Shown here: in pieces, positions 8,667 through 19,022 of the stretch
Numbering within the stretch: position 1 is the stretch's first letter
Layout of the letters: each line of letters begins with the position of its first letter
Sequence record: SRR20825006_1000
DNA: 60,457 nt
Direction: 5' to 3' (one strand)
The notes under the pieces: generated by a model
Told to the model about the DNA's origin: nothing
Database searches by the model: none
Seen by the model: only the letters and a program-made list of their open reading frames with translations
Program-made: the position numbers and the translations under genes

Positions 8667-11328
8667 CGCTTCGATCACCGACGACGAAATGAGTCGCACC
8701 GACGCACTCAACCTGCGCGAATTGCAGGCGATCACCGAATCCATTCCGGACTCGCCACTTCGGCTGCGCACCAAGCTTGCCTTTGCGTTGGTGACGATGC
8801 TGTCGGGGTTGGTCATCGGCAGCAGCGGACAAACTCAATCATTGCCGATCATCGTTATCTTCTTCAGCATCGTCGGGTTTCTGTTTGTCGACTGGATGAA
8901 GCTATTCGCGTTGCCCGCCGTGATCGCGTACGCCGCCATGGCGATCGCTGCGATTTATTGCGTCTCCGGCTTCATGCAGAACGACATGCAAGTCGGCAAC
9001 AAAATGAGTGCCGTCGCGGAACTGCTGATCATCGCGCAATCGATCTTGATGCTGCAAGAAAAGACGTCTCGACTGTTTGAGCAACTGATGATTTTCGCAT
9101 TGCTCAACTGCGTGGTCGCCGCGGTGTTCAATGATGCATTCGCCTACGCGATTTTCTTCATCCCGCTGTCGATCTGCGGTGGCATGGCGATCGCTTTGTT
9201 GGCTGCGGACAACGTGGTCGAACAATCTCAATCACCGGACCAAAACGCGACCCTTGCGGCACGTCCATCGGCTTCGACCACCCAGCCCGATGATTCGAAC
9301 ATTCAGTGGAACAATTCCGCCGCGGTGGATTCACTTGCGCGAGCGGGAGTGAACTTGCCGTGGATGGTCGCGGTGATCCTGTTCCCTGCGGTGTTGCTGT
9401 TCTCCGCGTTGTTCTTCTTCGGCCTGCCGCGACGCGTGGATGCTTCCCGGGGGAGCTCGCAAGGTGTCGCGATGACCGGATTCAGCGAAGAACTTCGCTT
9501 CGGCACGATTCAGGAGATGCAAAAGAGCAGCCAGCGTGCTCTGCGAGTTGATTTGGTCGATCGGCAAACCAAAAAACCTTACCCGGCCATCAACGATTTG
9601 TATCTTCGCGGCGCAGTGCTGGAACAATACTTGGTCGAGGCTGCAACAACTTGGCGTGCAACTTCGGTTTCCACCTTGCCACCCAGCCCGCTGCCTCCCG
9701 AGTTTGTTCCTGATCGATCTAGCGACACAAACTTTTACGACCGTGTCAACGTTCGCATCGCGTGCGAATCCATGAGCACGGAAAACCTCTTCGCGATTGC
9801 ACCTTATCACTGGTCACCCGGAAGTGATGATCTGGTGGAACTCAGCGGCAAATGGACGTTCACCCGCCGCAGCTCATCCGGCGGTTCAAACTCGGCCGGT
9901 GCACTGGGTGTGCCTTGGTACCCGCCGGTGAAATATCACTTCGGAACTCACGCGTTTCGCAACGGTGCTCAAAGCCGATGGATGGCCTACAAGACACCTA
10001 TGTTGGAAAGGTCCATTCGATCCGATGAAACGTCGTCGGACCTCACCGCCAACGATCTGAACTACATGGACCAGTTGCTGGAATACCCGCAAGTCCTGAT
10101 TCCTAACGCTGAGATTCTGGCGAACTCCATCGTTGACAATTTACCGCCGAACAAACGGACAACCGCCGGCATCGCTGACGCGTTGGAAAGACACTTGGCC
10201 TACAGCAGTGATTTCAGATACTCGCTGCAACCCAATCCTTCGACCACGGTTGGTGTCGATCCAATCGATCAGTTTCTTTCGACCGATCGACGAGGGCATT
10301 GCCAATACTTCGCTTCGGCATTGGTCATGATGCTGCGAAGCCAGAACATCCCTGCACGACTGGTCGTTGGTTATCACACCGACGAATTCAGTGAACTGGG
10401 TCAGTACTTCATCGTCCGGCAAAACCATGCTCACGTTTGGGTCGAGGCATTGATCCCTCGCGAGGACATTCCGGTTGGGACATCGGTGTACGGACAACCT
10501 CGTTCCGATTTCTATTGGCTGCGACTGGATCCGACCCCGGGTGGAGGCGGAATCGATGGTGCGGAAGTCGGTAGCAACCAAATGCTCGATCTGGCACGCG
10601 ACTTGTGGGACGACTATGTCATCGAGATGGATTCGAAACGACAGCAAACGGCCCTGATGTCGACACCGGGTTTGGCCCCCATGACCGCCTCTTATCGATC
10701 GTGGATCGACCGAACTCGCGACTTCGCCATGCGGATCAACTCCGGTGACGTGGAAGGCATCGGAGGAGGCAGGCTGTTTTCCTGGCAGGGTGCGGTCATC
10801 GCCATCGTGCTCAGTATTTTGGCATTGATTGGACTGAAGATCCGTTTTCCGCGTTGGCTACGCAGCAAGCTTGGCAAGAATGGTCAGCAAAAAGCGCCGC
10901 GTCCATCGATCCCTTTCTATGCCGAAGCACTTGATCTGCTCTCGAACCTGGGCATCGAAAGACGTCCCGGCCAAACGCCCGAAGAACTCACTCGGCAACT
11001 CGCCATCGCGAGTGCTTCGCCTGGCTCAGCGTCCGCTCGCGATTCGGATGGGCAAACCCATGCAACATCGGATCACCATCCAGAGTGGACACAAGCTCTC
11101 GGACCAATGCGTCGTTTGACCGATGCGTTTTACTCATTACGGTATGGCCAAGCGTCGGCGATGCCTCACGCAACTCGTCAGGACTCCGGCGGCGGATCTT
11201 CAAAAGCACCTCCGAATGCCGAAACGTCTGACGCATCCATCAAATCGAATTCGGCGGTCTCTTCGAGCCCTGACATCGAAGATGCATTGAACTCTCTTCG
11301 CCAAATCACAAAGCGTTCCCCCTCATGA
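8659..11328 (+). CDS. Membrane transglutaminase-like protein (TgpA/DUF3488-type, probable C-terminal DUF4129)
   Basis: Multi-TM N-terminus; catalytic triad motifs GHCQYFA, HAHVWVE, LDPTP; RRPGQTPEE C-terminal motif; ATG at 8659 overlaps the end of the DUF58 gene. Confidence 0.88.
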   Translation: MSDASITDDEMSRTDALNLRELQAITESIPDSPLRLRTKLAFALVTMLSGLVIGSSGQTQSLPIIVIFFSIVGFLFVDWMKLFALPAVIAYAAMAIAAIYCVSGFMQNDMQVGNKMSAVAELLIIAQSILMLQEKTSRLFEQLMIFALLNCVVAAVFNDAFAYAIFFIPLSICGGMAIALLAADNVVEQSQSPDQNATLAARPSASTTQPDDSNIQWNNSAAVDSLARAGVNLPWMVAVILFPAVLLFSALFFFGLPRRVDASRGSSQGVAMTGFSEELRFGTIQEMQKSSQRALRVDLVDRQTKKPYPAINDLYLRGAVLEQYLVEAATTWRATSVSTLPPSPLPPEFVPDRSSDTNFYDRVNVRIACESMSTENLFAIAPYHWSPGSDDLVELSGKWTFTRRSSSGGSNSAGALGVPWYPPVKYHFGTHAFRNGAQSRWMAYKTPMLERSIRSDETSSDLTANDLNYMDQLLEYPQVLIPNAEILANSIVDNLPPNKRTTAGIADALERHLAYSSDFRYSLQPNPSTTVGVDPIDQFLSTDRRGHCQYFASALVMMLRSQNIPARLVVGYHTDEFSELGQYFIVRQNHAHVWVEALIPREDIPVGTSVYGQPRSDFYWLRLDPTPGGGGIDGAEVGSNQMLDLARDLWDDYVIEMDSKRQQTALMSTPGLAPMTASYRSWIDRTRDFAMRINSGDVEGIGGGRLFSWQGAVIAIVLSILALIGLKIRFPRWLRSKLGKNGQQKAPRPSIPFYAEALDLLSNLGIERRPGQTPEELTRQLAIASASPGSASARDSDGQTHATSDHHPEWTQALGPMRRLTDAFYSLRYGQASAMPHATRQDSGGGSSKAPPNAETSDASIKSNSAVSSSPDIEDALNSLRQITKRSPS

Positions 11329-12014
11329 TCATCACCATCGATGGCCCAGCCGGAGCAGGCAAGAGCAGCATCGCACGGCGCGTCGCCAGTGAACTCGGAT
11401 TTGAGTTCCTGGACACGGGTGCGATGTACCGCGCCGTGACATGGGGTGTGATGCAGCAGGGAATTGCATGGGATGACGTGGAAGCTCTGGTCGAATTCGC
11501 GGACGCGGCTCAATTGATTTGGCAAGACGATCGCATCTATCTCGACAACCAGGACATCTCAGAAGAAATCCGAACGCCGCAGGTTACCAGCCACATCCGA
11601 TACTTGGCCGACCCTCCCAGAATTCGCGAACGAATCACCGCCCAACAACGGCGCATCGCGACGGGTCGTGACATTGTGACGGAAGGCCGTGATCAGGGCA
11701 CCGAGGTCTTCCCCGATGCACACTGCAAAATCTTCTTGACCGCATCGCCAGAAGAACGTGCCAGACGTCGACAGCGACAACTCGCCGAAAATGGCCGGGT
11801 GATGTCGGTGGAAGAAATCTTGGCAGCGCAAAATCAACGCGATCTGGAAGACCGGATGCGTCCAGTTGGACGATTGCGAGCCGCCAGCGACGCAATTGTG
11901 GTTCAAACCGATGGCATGTCACCTGACGAAGTTCGCGAAGAGGTTTTGCGTTTGGTTCGCGAATGCGTGCAAGCGTCGGCGGCAAACTCTGCATCGAGTG
12001 ACGTGACGAGATGA
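11325..12014 (+). CDS. cmk: Cytidylate kinase
   Basis: IITIDGPAGAGKSS, LDTGAMYRA, EGRDQGTEVFPDA, KIFLTASPEERARRR. Confidence 0.96.
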   Translation: MIITIDGPAGAGKSSIARRVASELGFEFLDTGAMYRAVTWGVMQQGIAWDDVEALVEFADAAQLIWQDDRIYLDNQDISEEIRTPQVTSHIRYLADPPRIRERITAQQRRIATGRDIVTEGRDQGTEVFPDAHCKIFLTASPEERARRRQRQLAENGRVMSVEEILAAQNQRDLEDRMRPVGRLRAASDAIVVQTDGMSPDEVREEVLRLVRECVQASAANSASSDVTR

Positions 12015-12544
12015 CCACCACGGGTGCCTCGGCGAACGAGACGACTGACCCGCGAGTGGTCGCAACCGATTTGGTTTCGCAGTTGAAACAATCGCAGCAC
12101 CGATTGATCTTGGCCGAAAGCTGCACCTGTGGCGCAGCCGCCGCAGCGATCGGAAGCGTCCCTGGTGCGTCCAACGTTTTTTGCGGCAGTGCCGTGACGT
12201 ATCGCGAAACCACCAAGCAAGCGTGGCTGGGAATCACCACAATCGATCTGGCGCAGTTCACTGCAGAGAGTCAGGAGATAACCAATCAGATGGCCGCAGC
12301 GGTCTTGCAAAACACCCCCGACGCCACGATCTCCGCTGCCATCACTGGACACTTTGGCCCCGACGCGCCACCAGCTTTGGACGGAGTGATTTTTGTCGCT
12401 GTGCAACAACGCGGCCGCGAAATTGAAACTCAACGAGTCGTCCTTCGCAGTTCCACCCGCCAGGCCCGCCAAACCGAAGCCACCGCCGGCCTTCTCACCG
12501 CGATCCAACAAAGCTTGATCGCTTCTGGCCAGACGACCAAATGA
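12011..12544 (+). CDS. CinA C-terminal / PncC-like nicotinamide-nucleotide amidohydrolase
   Basis: LAESCTCG, VPGASNVF, AITGHFGP motifs; ATGA overlap with cmk. Confidence 0.85.
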   Translation: MTTTGASANETTDPRVVATDLVSQLKQSQHRLILAESCTCGAAAAAIGSVPGASNVFCGSAVTYRETTKQAWLGITTIDLAQFTAESQEITNQMAAAVLQNTPDATISAAITGHFGPDAPPALDGVIFVAVQQRGREIETQRVVLRSSTRQARQTEATAGLLTAIQQSLIASGQTTK

Positions 12545-12559
12545 GCAACAAACGGGACA

Positions 12560-14410
12560 TCACTCGTTCGGCATCGGCGAAATTATGATCGCGCATCCGC
12601 TTCCAGAGCTCATGGTCGCGGTCAATTTGCTGTCTGAGGTGACCTGGCGTGACTGGATGACCACCTGCTTTTTGTCGTATGGATCTTCCGCGTAGATTTT
12701 GGCGTCGAACTCCCCCGGGCCCAAGAAATCGAGCGGGATGTCCAGACTTCGGGTTTCGTCGACAATCGTCCCAACGAACCACCGATCGCCTTTCCGCCTG
12801 GCGACCGTCATGTAGCTCCCGATGGATCCATGAACGACCTTCGAGTCATCCCAAGTCGTCGGCATCTCCTTCCAAAATTCAAGTTCAGGATAGCGGTTCT
12901 CAGGATACTGATGAGCTTGGTCGTACCAGTGCAGATATTGCAGCGGACTGTAGAACACGACTCCCAAAGCAAGCTGGAATGAACGACTGACAACTCGACC
13001 ATTCAGATAGCACGGTGTGTAGTCGCCAGCCCCTACGATCATGCGAGCAAACGATGTGGTCAGAACATTCTTCGGCGGATTCCCTTTGTCCGGCCGCTCC
13101 TCATTCCCAAGAATTCCTTCGACCGTCAGAAGATGAGGGTACGTGCGTTCGATCCCGGTCAACCGAAAGTTGTCATGGATATCAACGATCAATTTGTATT
13201 CCGCAGCTTTCTCGATCGCAGCGTACAAGAACTCCATGTCAGACTGGCTCTTCCAGTCAACAAACCCCATCTTGACCCCACGAATGCCCCATTTCTGAAA
13301 CGTCCGAAATGTTTTGTCGAGGTCGTACCCTGACATGGCAATTTTGTTGATGTAGCAGATCAACCCGATACCGTGTTGGTCCGCATAGCGAATTGTTTCC
13401 TGCATGTCGATCGCATCGATGACCGTCAGTGGGTCCGAATTCGCGTCGCGTTCAGGGCCATACCAACCAGCGTCATAATGCACGTATTGGTAATTATTCG
13501 CGGCAGCGTAGTCGACAATCGCTTTTGCACCCTCCGTCGTCAGACTACTTCGCCAGACCTTTCCCGGTTTGATCCATGATGTGTCACTCAACTTGGACGG
13601 CGGGGAAAGATTCTGTAGCAGGTAATGATTCTCAACCAACGTCCCAGGTTGTTCCGCCACCATGATCACTCGCCAAGGAGTCGTCAGTGACTTGCTTGCC
13701 GACACGGTCCCACTTCGAAACCGCGTGACCAGTTGATTCTTACCGGATCGATTCAACATCATGGGGGCGTAATGCCCGATGCTTCCTGCTTCGGCGATCG
13801 CCACAAAATGCGATCCTGCTTCAACGAGCAGCGGGCGAATCGAACGCTCCGGCATCTCAGAAAGCCGCAGTTTGGAATACCGTGCTTGCGGATAATCGTC
13901 CCAGTAAACGAAGTGATCGTCCGTGAACTGAAAGTGAGTCGCTTCCGATTTCAGCTTTAACTCATCGATCCCTTCTTGCGGAGGAATCGTGTAGCGGAAC
14001 GCGACCCCTTCGTCGTATGCCCGGAATGCCAGTTCAAGCCGTTGTGCCTTCTGAGTTGCCCCCCGAAGTTGAATGACACACGCATTGTAAGAATCAGGGT
14101 AGGAAGCTCTTGAACCGACCACAGGAACCCAACTTCCGCTCACAGATTCGGTCTGCTTGCTCTCGACAACGAACTGCTCATCAAGTTCGCTCCCATCTAG
14201 AACCAGAGAAAGCTTGGAATCGTCAAGAATGGTGACGCCCCGAAAGGAGACACTGTAGTGCGGCACCCCATCATAAAGCGAAAACCGGATCGACTGATCT
14301 CCCGAGGGAGACACGATCGTCGTCTCTTCTGCAGCCCAACTGCAGTTCGATGTGGAAAGAAGCAACCAACACGCGATTGAGAAAGAAGCCAGCTTTGGCA
14401 TTGAGATCAT
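12560..14410 (-). CDS. Glycoside hydrolase family 97, secreted (alpha-glucosidase/galactosidase-like)
   Basis: Signal peptide; FRAYDEGVAFRY, TPWRVIMV, DTSWIKPGK, DAGWY, WGIRGVKMGF, TGIERTYPH, PTTWDD. Start chosen at MISMPK. Confidence 0.9.
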   Translation of the reverse strand: MISMPKLASFSIACWLLLSTSNCSWAAEETTIVSPSGDQSIRFSLYDGVPHYSVSFRGVTILDDSKLSLVLDGSELDEQFVVESKQTESVSGSWVPVVGSRASYPDSYNACVIQLRGATQKAQRLELAFRAYDEGVAFRYTIPPQEGIDELKLKSEATHFQFTDDHFVYWDDYPQARYSKLRLSEMPERSIRPLLVEAGSHFVAIAEAGSIGHYAPMMLNRSGKNQLVTRFRSGTVSASKSLTTPWRVIMVAEQPGTLVENHYLLQNLSPPSKLSDTSWIKPGKVWRSSLTTEGAKAIVDYAAANNYQYVHYDAGWYGPERDANSDPLTVIDAIDMQETIRYADQHGIGLICYINKIAMSGYDLDKTFRTFQKWGIRGVKMGFVDWKSQSDMEFLYAAIEKAAEYKLIVDIHDNFRLTGIERTYPHLLTVEGILGNEERPDKGNPPKNVLTTSFARMIVGAGDYTPCYLNGRVVSRSFQLALGVVFYSPLQYLHWYDQAHQYPENRYPELEFWKEMPTTWDDSKVVHGSIGSYMTVARRKGDRWFVGTIVDETRSLDIPLDFLGPGEFDAKIYAEDPYDKKQVVIQSRQVTSDSKLTATMSSGSGCAIIISPMPNE

Positions 14411-14632
14411 CGTTTGGGGATAGACAATGGGGACACAATCATTGGAGCACTCGCTTGATTGCGACAGCGAGGCGAAGCCCACATACGAGCAGGCAAATTT
14501 ACCTTGCCTCGGAGCGACGCGGCGACACGAGGTGATTCAGCCGCTCAACAAGATGGGTTTGGCGATTGATTTCGCAAGCCAAACTCCGTTGACTCCGAAA
14601 ACCGGCCTGCGTTGGCTGAATATGGTGTGACT

Positions 14633-14674
14633 CCCCAAGCCCCCAGATTCGTTGGTGAATCCGGAGTTTTGGGG
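14633..14674 (-). terminator. Long imperfect hairpin downstream of the Gfo/Idh/MocA gene (terminator-like or REP-like)
   Basis: Minus strand CCCCAA-AA-CTCCGGATTC-ACCAAC-GAATCTGGGG-GC-TTGGGG; no clear U-tract follows. Confidence 0.45.
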
Positions 14675-14717
14675 CACAGCGTTTGGATCACAGGCTAGAA
14701 ACCTATGCCACTTTGGG

Positions 14718-16091
14718 TCAGACCAATTTGGTCTTGCCGGGGATCGCGTAAGCGGGTTCGGGAAGGGGCGCGTTCATGTCCAGGTTCTCCGGGAACAAAC
14801 TCAGCGTTGATTCGTTCACCGCGAAGTCCCACGTCACCAACTTGCCGGTGTAAGCGGCCATGCGTCCCAGCACTGCGGTCAACGAACTGTCCGCTGTCTC
14901 TTTGAATTCGACGATGGGTTGCCCCGAACGAACGCTATCGACGAGGTCCTTGTGCTCTTGTTTGTACGCCGCACCAATGTCGCCCTTCATCGACCACACT
15001 TCGTTGCCATCTTTGTCTCGGATCTCAGCACCACGGTTGAGTCCGTAGATCGTGCAGATGCCTTTGCTGCCATAGATGACATTGGAATTGTCACTTTGGG
15101 CATTTGGAATCTGACGGCACTTGAATGAAACGGTTCGATTGCCGGGATAGAGGTAGTCGATGCTCATGCTGTCCCACATCTCGCTGCCTTCGGGACGAGT
15201 GAACCGGCCACCGCTGCCATAAGCGGATTCAGGCGGTCCGCCCATGATCCAGTTGATCGCATCGATGTTGTGAACCGCTTGCTCAGCGATCTGGTCACCC
15301 GACAACCAAATGAAGTGCATCCAGTTGTAGATTTGGTACTCGGTATCGCTCATGCCTTCTTTGCGAGTCTTGTTCCAAATCCCATTGCTGCAATAGCGGG
15401 CTGTTGCGGAGATAATGTCGCCGATCGCGCCATCATGCAGTCGCTTGATCGCTTCGACGTAATTGGTCTGCCGACGATACTGGGTGCCCGTCACGATCGA
15501 GGTTTTGTTCGCCACGGCTTTCTCATGCGCTTCCACACAAACGCGGTAGCCAGCGGGATCGACGCAGGTTGGTTTTTCCGCGAAGACATGCTTCCCCGCG
15601 TCCACCGCTTCGGTGACGTACTGTGGTCGAAAACCAGGAGGCGTGGCGAACAACACCACATCGATTTCGGGGTCATCGAGAATCCGTTTGTAGGCGTCGA
15701 TGCCGCCATACATTTTGTCGGAAGCGACGGAGACCTTGTCACCGTGTCGCTTGGCAAGTGACTCGCAAATTTTGCCGAGCTTGTCACCTTCTAAGTCCGC
15801 GATTGCCGCCAGCGAAACATTTTCATTGATGCTGAGCGAATCATTGATCGCTCCGGAACCACGACCGCCGGCTCCGATCAATGCCAATCGAATGTGCGAG
15901 TTGGGCGAATGGCTCACCGACTCAGCGGGCTCTGCTCCCCGAATCGGACGTGCCGCCGAAGTAGCGGCGACGCCCGCGGTCAAAGCTGCACCGGTGCTCA
16001 TGAAGCGGCGTCGGGTGGTTGCCTCGCGGCCGGCGGTGAGGTCACCGTTGGCTGGCGACGCTGTGTTGTTTGGGCGAGTGGTTTTCGGCAT
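14718..16091 (-). CDS. Tat-exported Gfo/Idh/MocA oxidoreductase
   Basis: Twin-arginine signal TTRRRFM; LIGAGGRG; ATPPGFR; GKHVFAEKP; EQAVHNID. Confidence 0.92.
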   Translation of the reverse strand: MPKTTRPNNTASPANGDLTAGREATTRRRFMSTGAALTAGVAATSAARPIRGAEPAESVSHSPNSHIRLALIGAGGRGSGAINDSLSINENVSLAAIADLEGDKLGKICESLAKRHGDKVSVASDKMYGGIDAYKRILDDPEIDVVLFATPPGFRPQYVTEAVDAGKHVFAEKPTCVDPAGYRVCVEAHEKAVANKTSIVTGTQYRRQTNYVEAIKRLHDGAIGDIISATARYCSNGIWNKTRKEGMSDTEYQIYNWMHFIWLSGDQIAEQAVHNIDAINWIMGGPPESAYGSGGRFTRPEGSEMWDSMSIDYLYPGNRTVSFKCRQIPNAQSDNSNVIYGSKGICTIYGLNRGAEIRDKDGNEVWSMKGDIGAAYKQEHKDLVDSVRSGQPIVEFKETADSSLTAVLGRMAAYTGKLVTWDFAVNESTLSLFPENLDMNAPLPEPAYAIPGKTKLV

Positions 16092-16376
16092 GGTCGGCGG
16101 GCTCCTGAAGGAGAATGCACGGGAGGGAAGAACTCGAATGTCCGCCCCAGTTTAATGCAATCCCGCCGCCAATTCCGAAATCGTTGTGAGACGGCCTGAC
16201 ATCCGCCGTTCGGATCTCGCACGGTTGCCGATTGATCCAAATCCGGCTGACGGCAACCGCACCAGCCCGACGCAGGCGAGGAGATCGTCGGAATCCGTGA
16301 CCTACGTCGCGGGCCGACGAAACAACCGCCTACTTGTCTCAACTCTCGAAACTTAGTCCCGAAAGCTTGTTTCTAT

Positions 16377-17570
16377 TCATGCTTCGTCGAGCAAATCGAC
16401 GGCTGCGAAGGCTTGGCCTTCCAACATTGCCAAGCTGGCTCCGCCACCGGTGCTGACGTGGCTGACATCGTCGGCGAACCCGAGTTGATCAACAGCAGCA
16501 GCGCTGTCACCACCACCGATGATGCTGACGGCATCGCCATCGGCGATTGCTTGAGCGACGGCTTTGGTGCCTTCATCCATTGGTGGTTTTTCAAACACGC
16601 CCATCGGTCCGTTCCAAACGATGGTCTTGGCCGACTTGATGACCTCTGCGTACTTCTTCGCAGTTTCAGGACCGATGTCCAAACCTTCCATGTCGTCAGG
16701 AATCTCACCCGCAGCAACAACCTTTTTGTTGCAACCAGCGATGTTTCCGAAGTCGTCACCGCAGTGCGTGTCGACGGGAAGATGCAACTTGTCGCCGCCC
16801 TTGGCCATCAACTCTTTTGCCAAGTCGACCTTGTCTTTTTCGACCAACGAATTGCCGACTTTACCGCCACTGGCCAACGAGAACGTGTAAGCCATCGCAC
16901 CACCGATCAAGACCGCATCGCAGATGCCGAGCAAGTTGTTAATCACGTTGATCTTGTCGCTGACCTTGGCTCCACCCAGGATCGCAACGAAAGGTCGCTC
17001 GGGTTTGCTGATCGCATCGGTGAGGTACTGGATTTCTTTGGCGACCAAATGCCCAACCACGCGAGGCTTGCCAGCCATCGCTTCGGGGACGGCGACCATC
17101 GATGCATCTTTGCGGTGACAGGTGCCGAATGCGTCGTTGCAGTAGGCGTCGGCCATCGCGGCCAACTTGCCAGCGAACTCTGAGTCACCTTTCTTCTCGC
17201 CTGGATTGAAACGCAAGTTTTCCAGCACCAAGACTTCGCCAGCGGCCAACGAGCTTGCTTTGCTCGATGCGTCGTCTCCGACGGTGTCGGTCGCGAAGTG
17301 AACGGTGCTGCCGAGCAATTCACCCAAACGTTTCGCGGCCGGAGCCAAGGAATACTTCTCGTCGCCTTCACCACCAGTCGGTCGTCCCAGGTGGCTCATC
17401 AGGATCACTTTGCCACCACGGTCGATGACGCTCTTGATGCTGGGCAACGCCATGCGAATACGGCGGTCATCGGTGATGGCGAGCGATTCGTCCAACGGCA
17501 CGTTGAAGTCGACTCGCATGAGAACGGTTTTGTCTTGAACGTCGATTTGATCAATGGTTTTCTTGGCCAT
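16377..17570 (-). CDS. pgk: Phosphoglycerate kinase
   Basis: [54 protein letters not shown]. Start set at MAKK (17570). Confidence 0.98.
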   Translation of the reverse strand: MAKKTIDQIDVQDKTVLMRVDFNVPLDESLAITDDRRIRMALPSIKSVIDRGGKVILMSHLGRPTGGEGDEKYSLAPAAKRLGELLGSTVHFATDTVGDDASSKASSLAAGEVLVLENLRFNPGEKKGDSEFAGKLAAMADAYCNDAFGTCHRKDASMVAVPEAMAGKPRVVGHLVAKEIQYLTDAISKPERPFVAILGGAKVSDKINVINNLLGICDAVLIGGAMAYTFSLASGGKVGNSLVEKDKVDLAKELMAKGGDKLHLPVDTHCGDDFGNIAGCNKKVVAAGEIPDDMEGLDIGPETAKKYAEVIKSAKTIVWNGPMGVFEKPPMDEGTKAVAQAIADGDAVSIIGGGDSAAAVDQLGFADDVSHVSTGGGASLAMLEGQAFAAVDLLDEA

Positions 17571-17864
17571 CTGCCGGGAAACTCCGAGGTTGTGTTGAGT
17601 GGGGTCGATTTCAGCACCAAGTATCGGGCAGCGACCCAAATTCGCGAAGGGGACCGGCCGAACCCCGCTTTTTTCGCGACTTGGCGCGGTCCCCCCGGCG
17701 GGAACGTCAGTCCCAGGCGTCTTTTTCTCACGTCGCGCCACCGTCACAACCGAAACAAAGGGAGCGGTGACGATTCGCGTGCGGCTCGTCAACAGCACCG
17801 GTCCGCCGTGAGTTTTGGTGGAACTGACACACGTCGACCGGGTCAATTTGGATGGTCATTCGCC

Positions 17865-18986
17865 ATGAGTGATCTTTTTCGCGACGAAATATGCCTCCAG
17901 CCAAAAGCTCCGGGCCGTTTTCGATCGCAGCCGATACCAGCGGGGGTGGTGCGGGTGAGAGCTCGCGCCGGGATTGCAATGCGCCATGGCCAAACGGTCA
18001 CATCATCGCGAGACACCCTGGTTCGAGACTTCGCGGCCGCCAATGCCGCCGATGGTTCTCTCGTCGGAGCCCGCGTGACAACCGATTCGTTCTCGAAAGA
18101 CCGTGTCACCACGACATCGCTGCCGCGCCGATCGGTGCGACTGCAATTTGTAAGTGCATTGATGCTTGTGATGGTGTGCAGCGTCGCATCGGCTCAATCG
18201 CCAACAGAATCGTCGCCACGTCGATTTTCGTTGCTGCCCGGTTCCGGACCACCTCGGGTGGGATCGATGGCACATCGAGAACAGATCCTCGCGGCGTTGC
18301 CGATGGATCGACTGACCGATGAAGCCAAACAACGCATTTTGGGCATCGCGGAAAAGCCGACATTGTTCCGCCGGCTTCCATCCCAAATCGTTCCTTGCGA
18401 CCGAGACATGTTCTTGTTCCTGACTCGCAACCCCGACGTCTTGGTCGGGCTGTGGGATCTGATGGGGATCACCCAAGTTCAATCCACTCGGACGGGTCCC
18501 TACCAGCTCGACGCCAGCGATGGTGTCGGCACGCTGTGCCGAGTCGATCTCGTTTATGGCGATGCCAACAAACACATCTTTGTGGTGGATGGGTCTTATG
18601 ACGGTAAAATGACGCCGACCGAAATCCGTGGCAAAGGTGTCTTTGTTCTGGAATCGACTTACACAGCAGGCGAAGACGGACGCACCCGAGTTTCAGGCAC
18701 ACTCGACTGCTTCGTGCAACTCGACAGTCTGGGCATTGACTTGATCGCTCGGACGATGAGCCCCATCATCGGACGTTCCGCGGACAGCAACTTCGAGCAG
18801 ACCGCACAGTTCATCGCTCAGGTCAGTGAAGCGAGCGAGCGAAACCCGTCTGCGATGCTGGACATCGCGGCTCGTTTGCCACAGGTCAACCAAGCGACTC
18901 GGGACGAGTTTTCAAAAACGATTTTGGCCGTCGCGAGCCGTGGGCAACAAGTCGCCGCCCGCGCCCGCGAAAATTCGAATCAGTGA
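17865..18986 (+). CDS. Hypothetical exported protein (start uncertain: 17865, 17979 or later)
   Basis: Signal-peptide-like segment LQFVSALMLVMVCSVASAQ followed by a globular-looking region. The ORF extension back to 17298 is the antisense shadow of pgk. Confidence 0.75.
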   Translation: MSDLFRDEICLQPKAPGRFRSQPIPAGVVRVRARAGIAMRHGQTVTSSRDTLVRDFAAANAADGSLVGARVTTDSFSKDRVTTTSLPRRSVRLQFVSALMLVMVCSVASAQSPTESSPRRFSLLPGSGPPRVGSMAHREQILAALPMDRLTDEAKQRILGIAEKPTLFRRLPSQIVPCDRDMFLFLTRNPDVLVGLWDLMGITQVQSTRTGPYQLDASDGVGTLCRVDLVYGDANKHIFVVDGSYDGKMTPTEIRGKGVFVLESTYTAGEDGRTRVSGTLDCFVQLDSLGIDLIARTMSPIIGRSADSNFEQTAQFIAQVSEASERNPSAMLDIAARLPQVNQATRDEFSKTILAVASRGQQVAARARENSNQ

Positions 18987-19022
18987 TTCAAGCTAGAACA
19001 CTGATTCACGGCGAACACTGCT

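Noticed and set aside
17298-17864. N-terminal extension of the 562-aa ORF overlapping pgk, and the pgk extension to 17846
   Set aside because: Antisense read-through of pgk and the divergent intergenic region; the recognisable proteins start at 17570 (minus) and at or after 17865 (plus).
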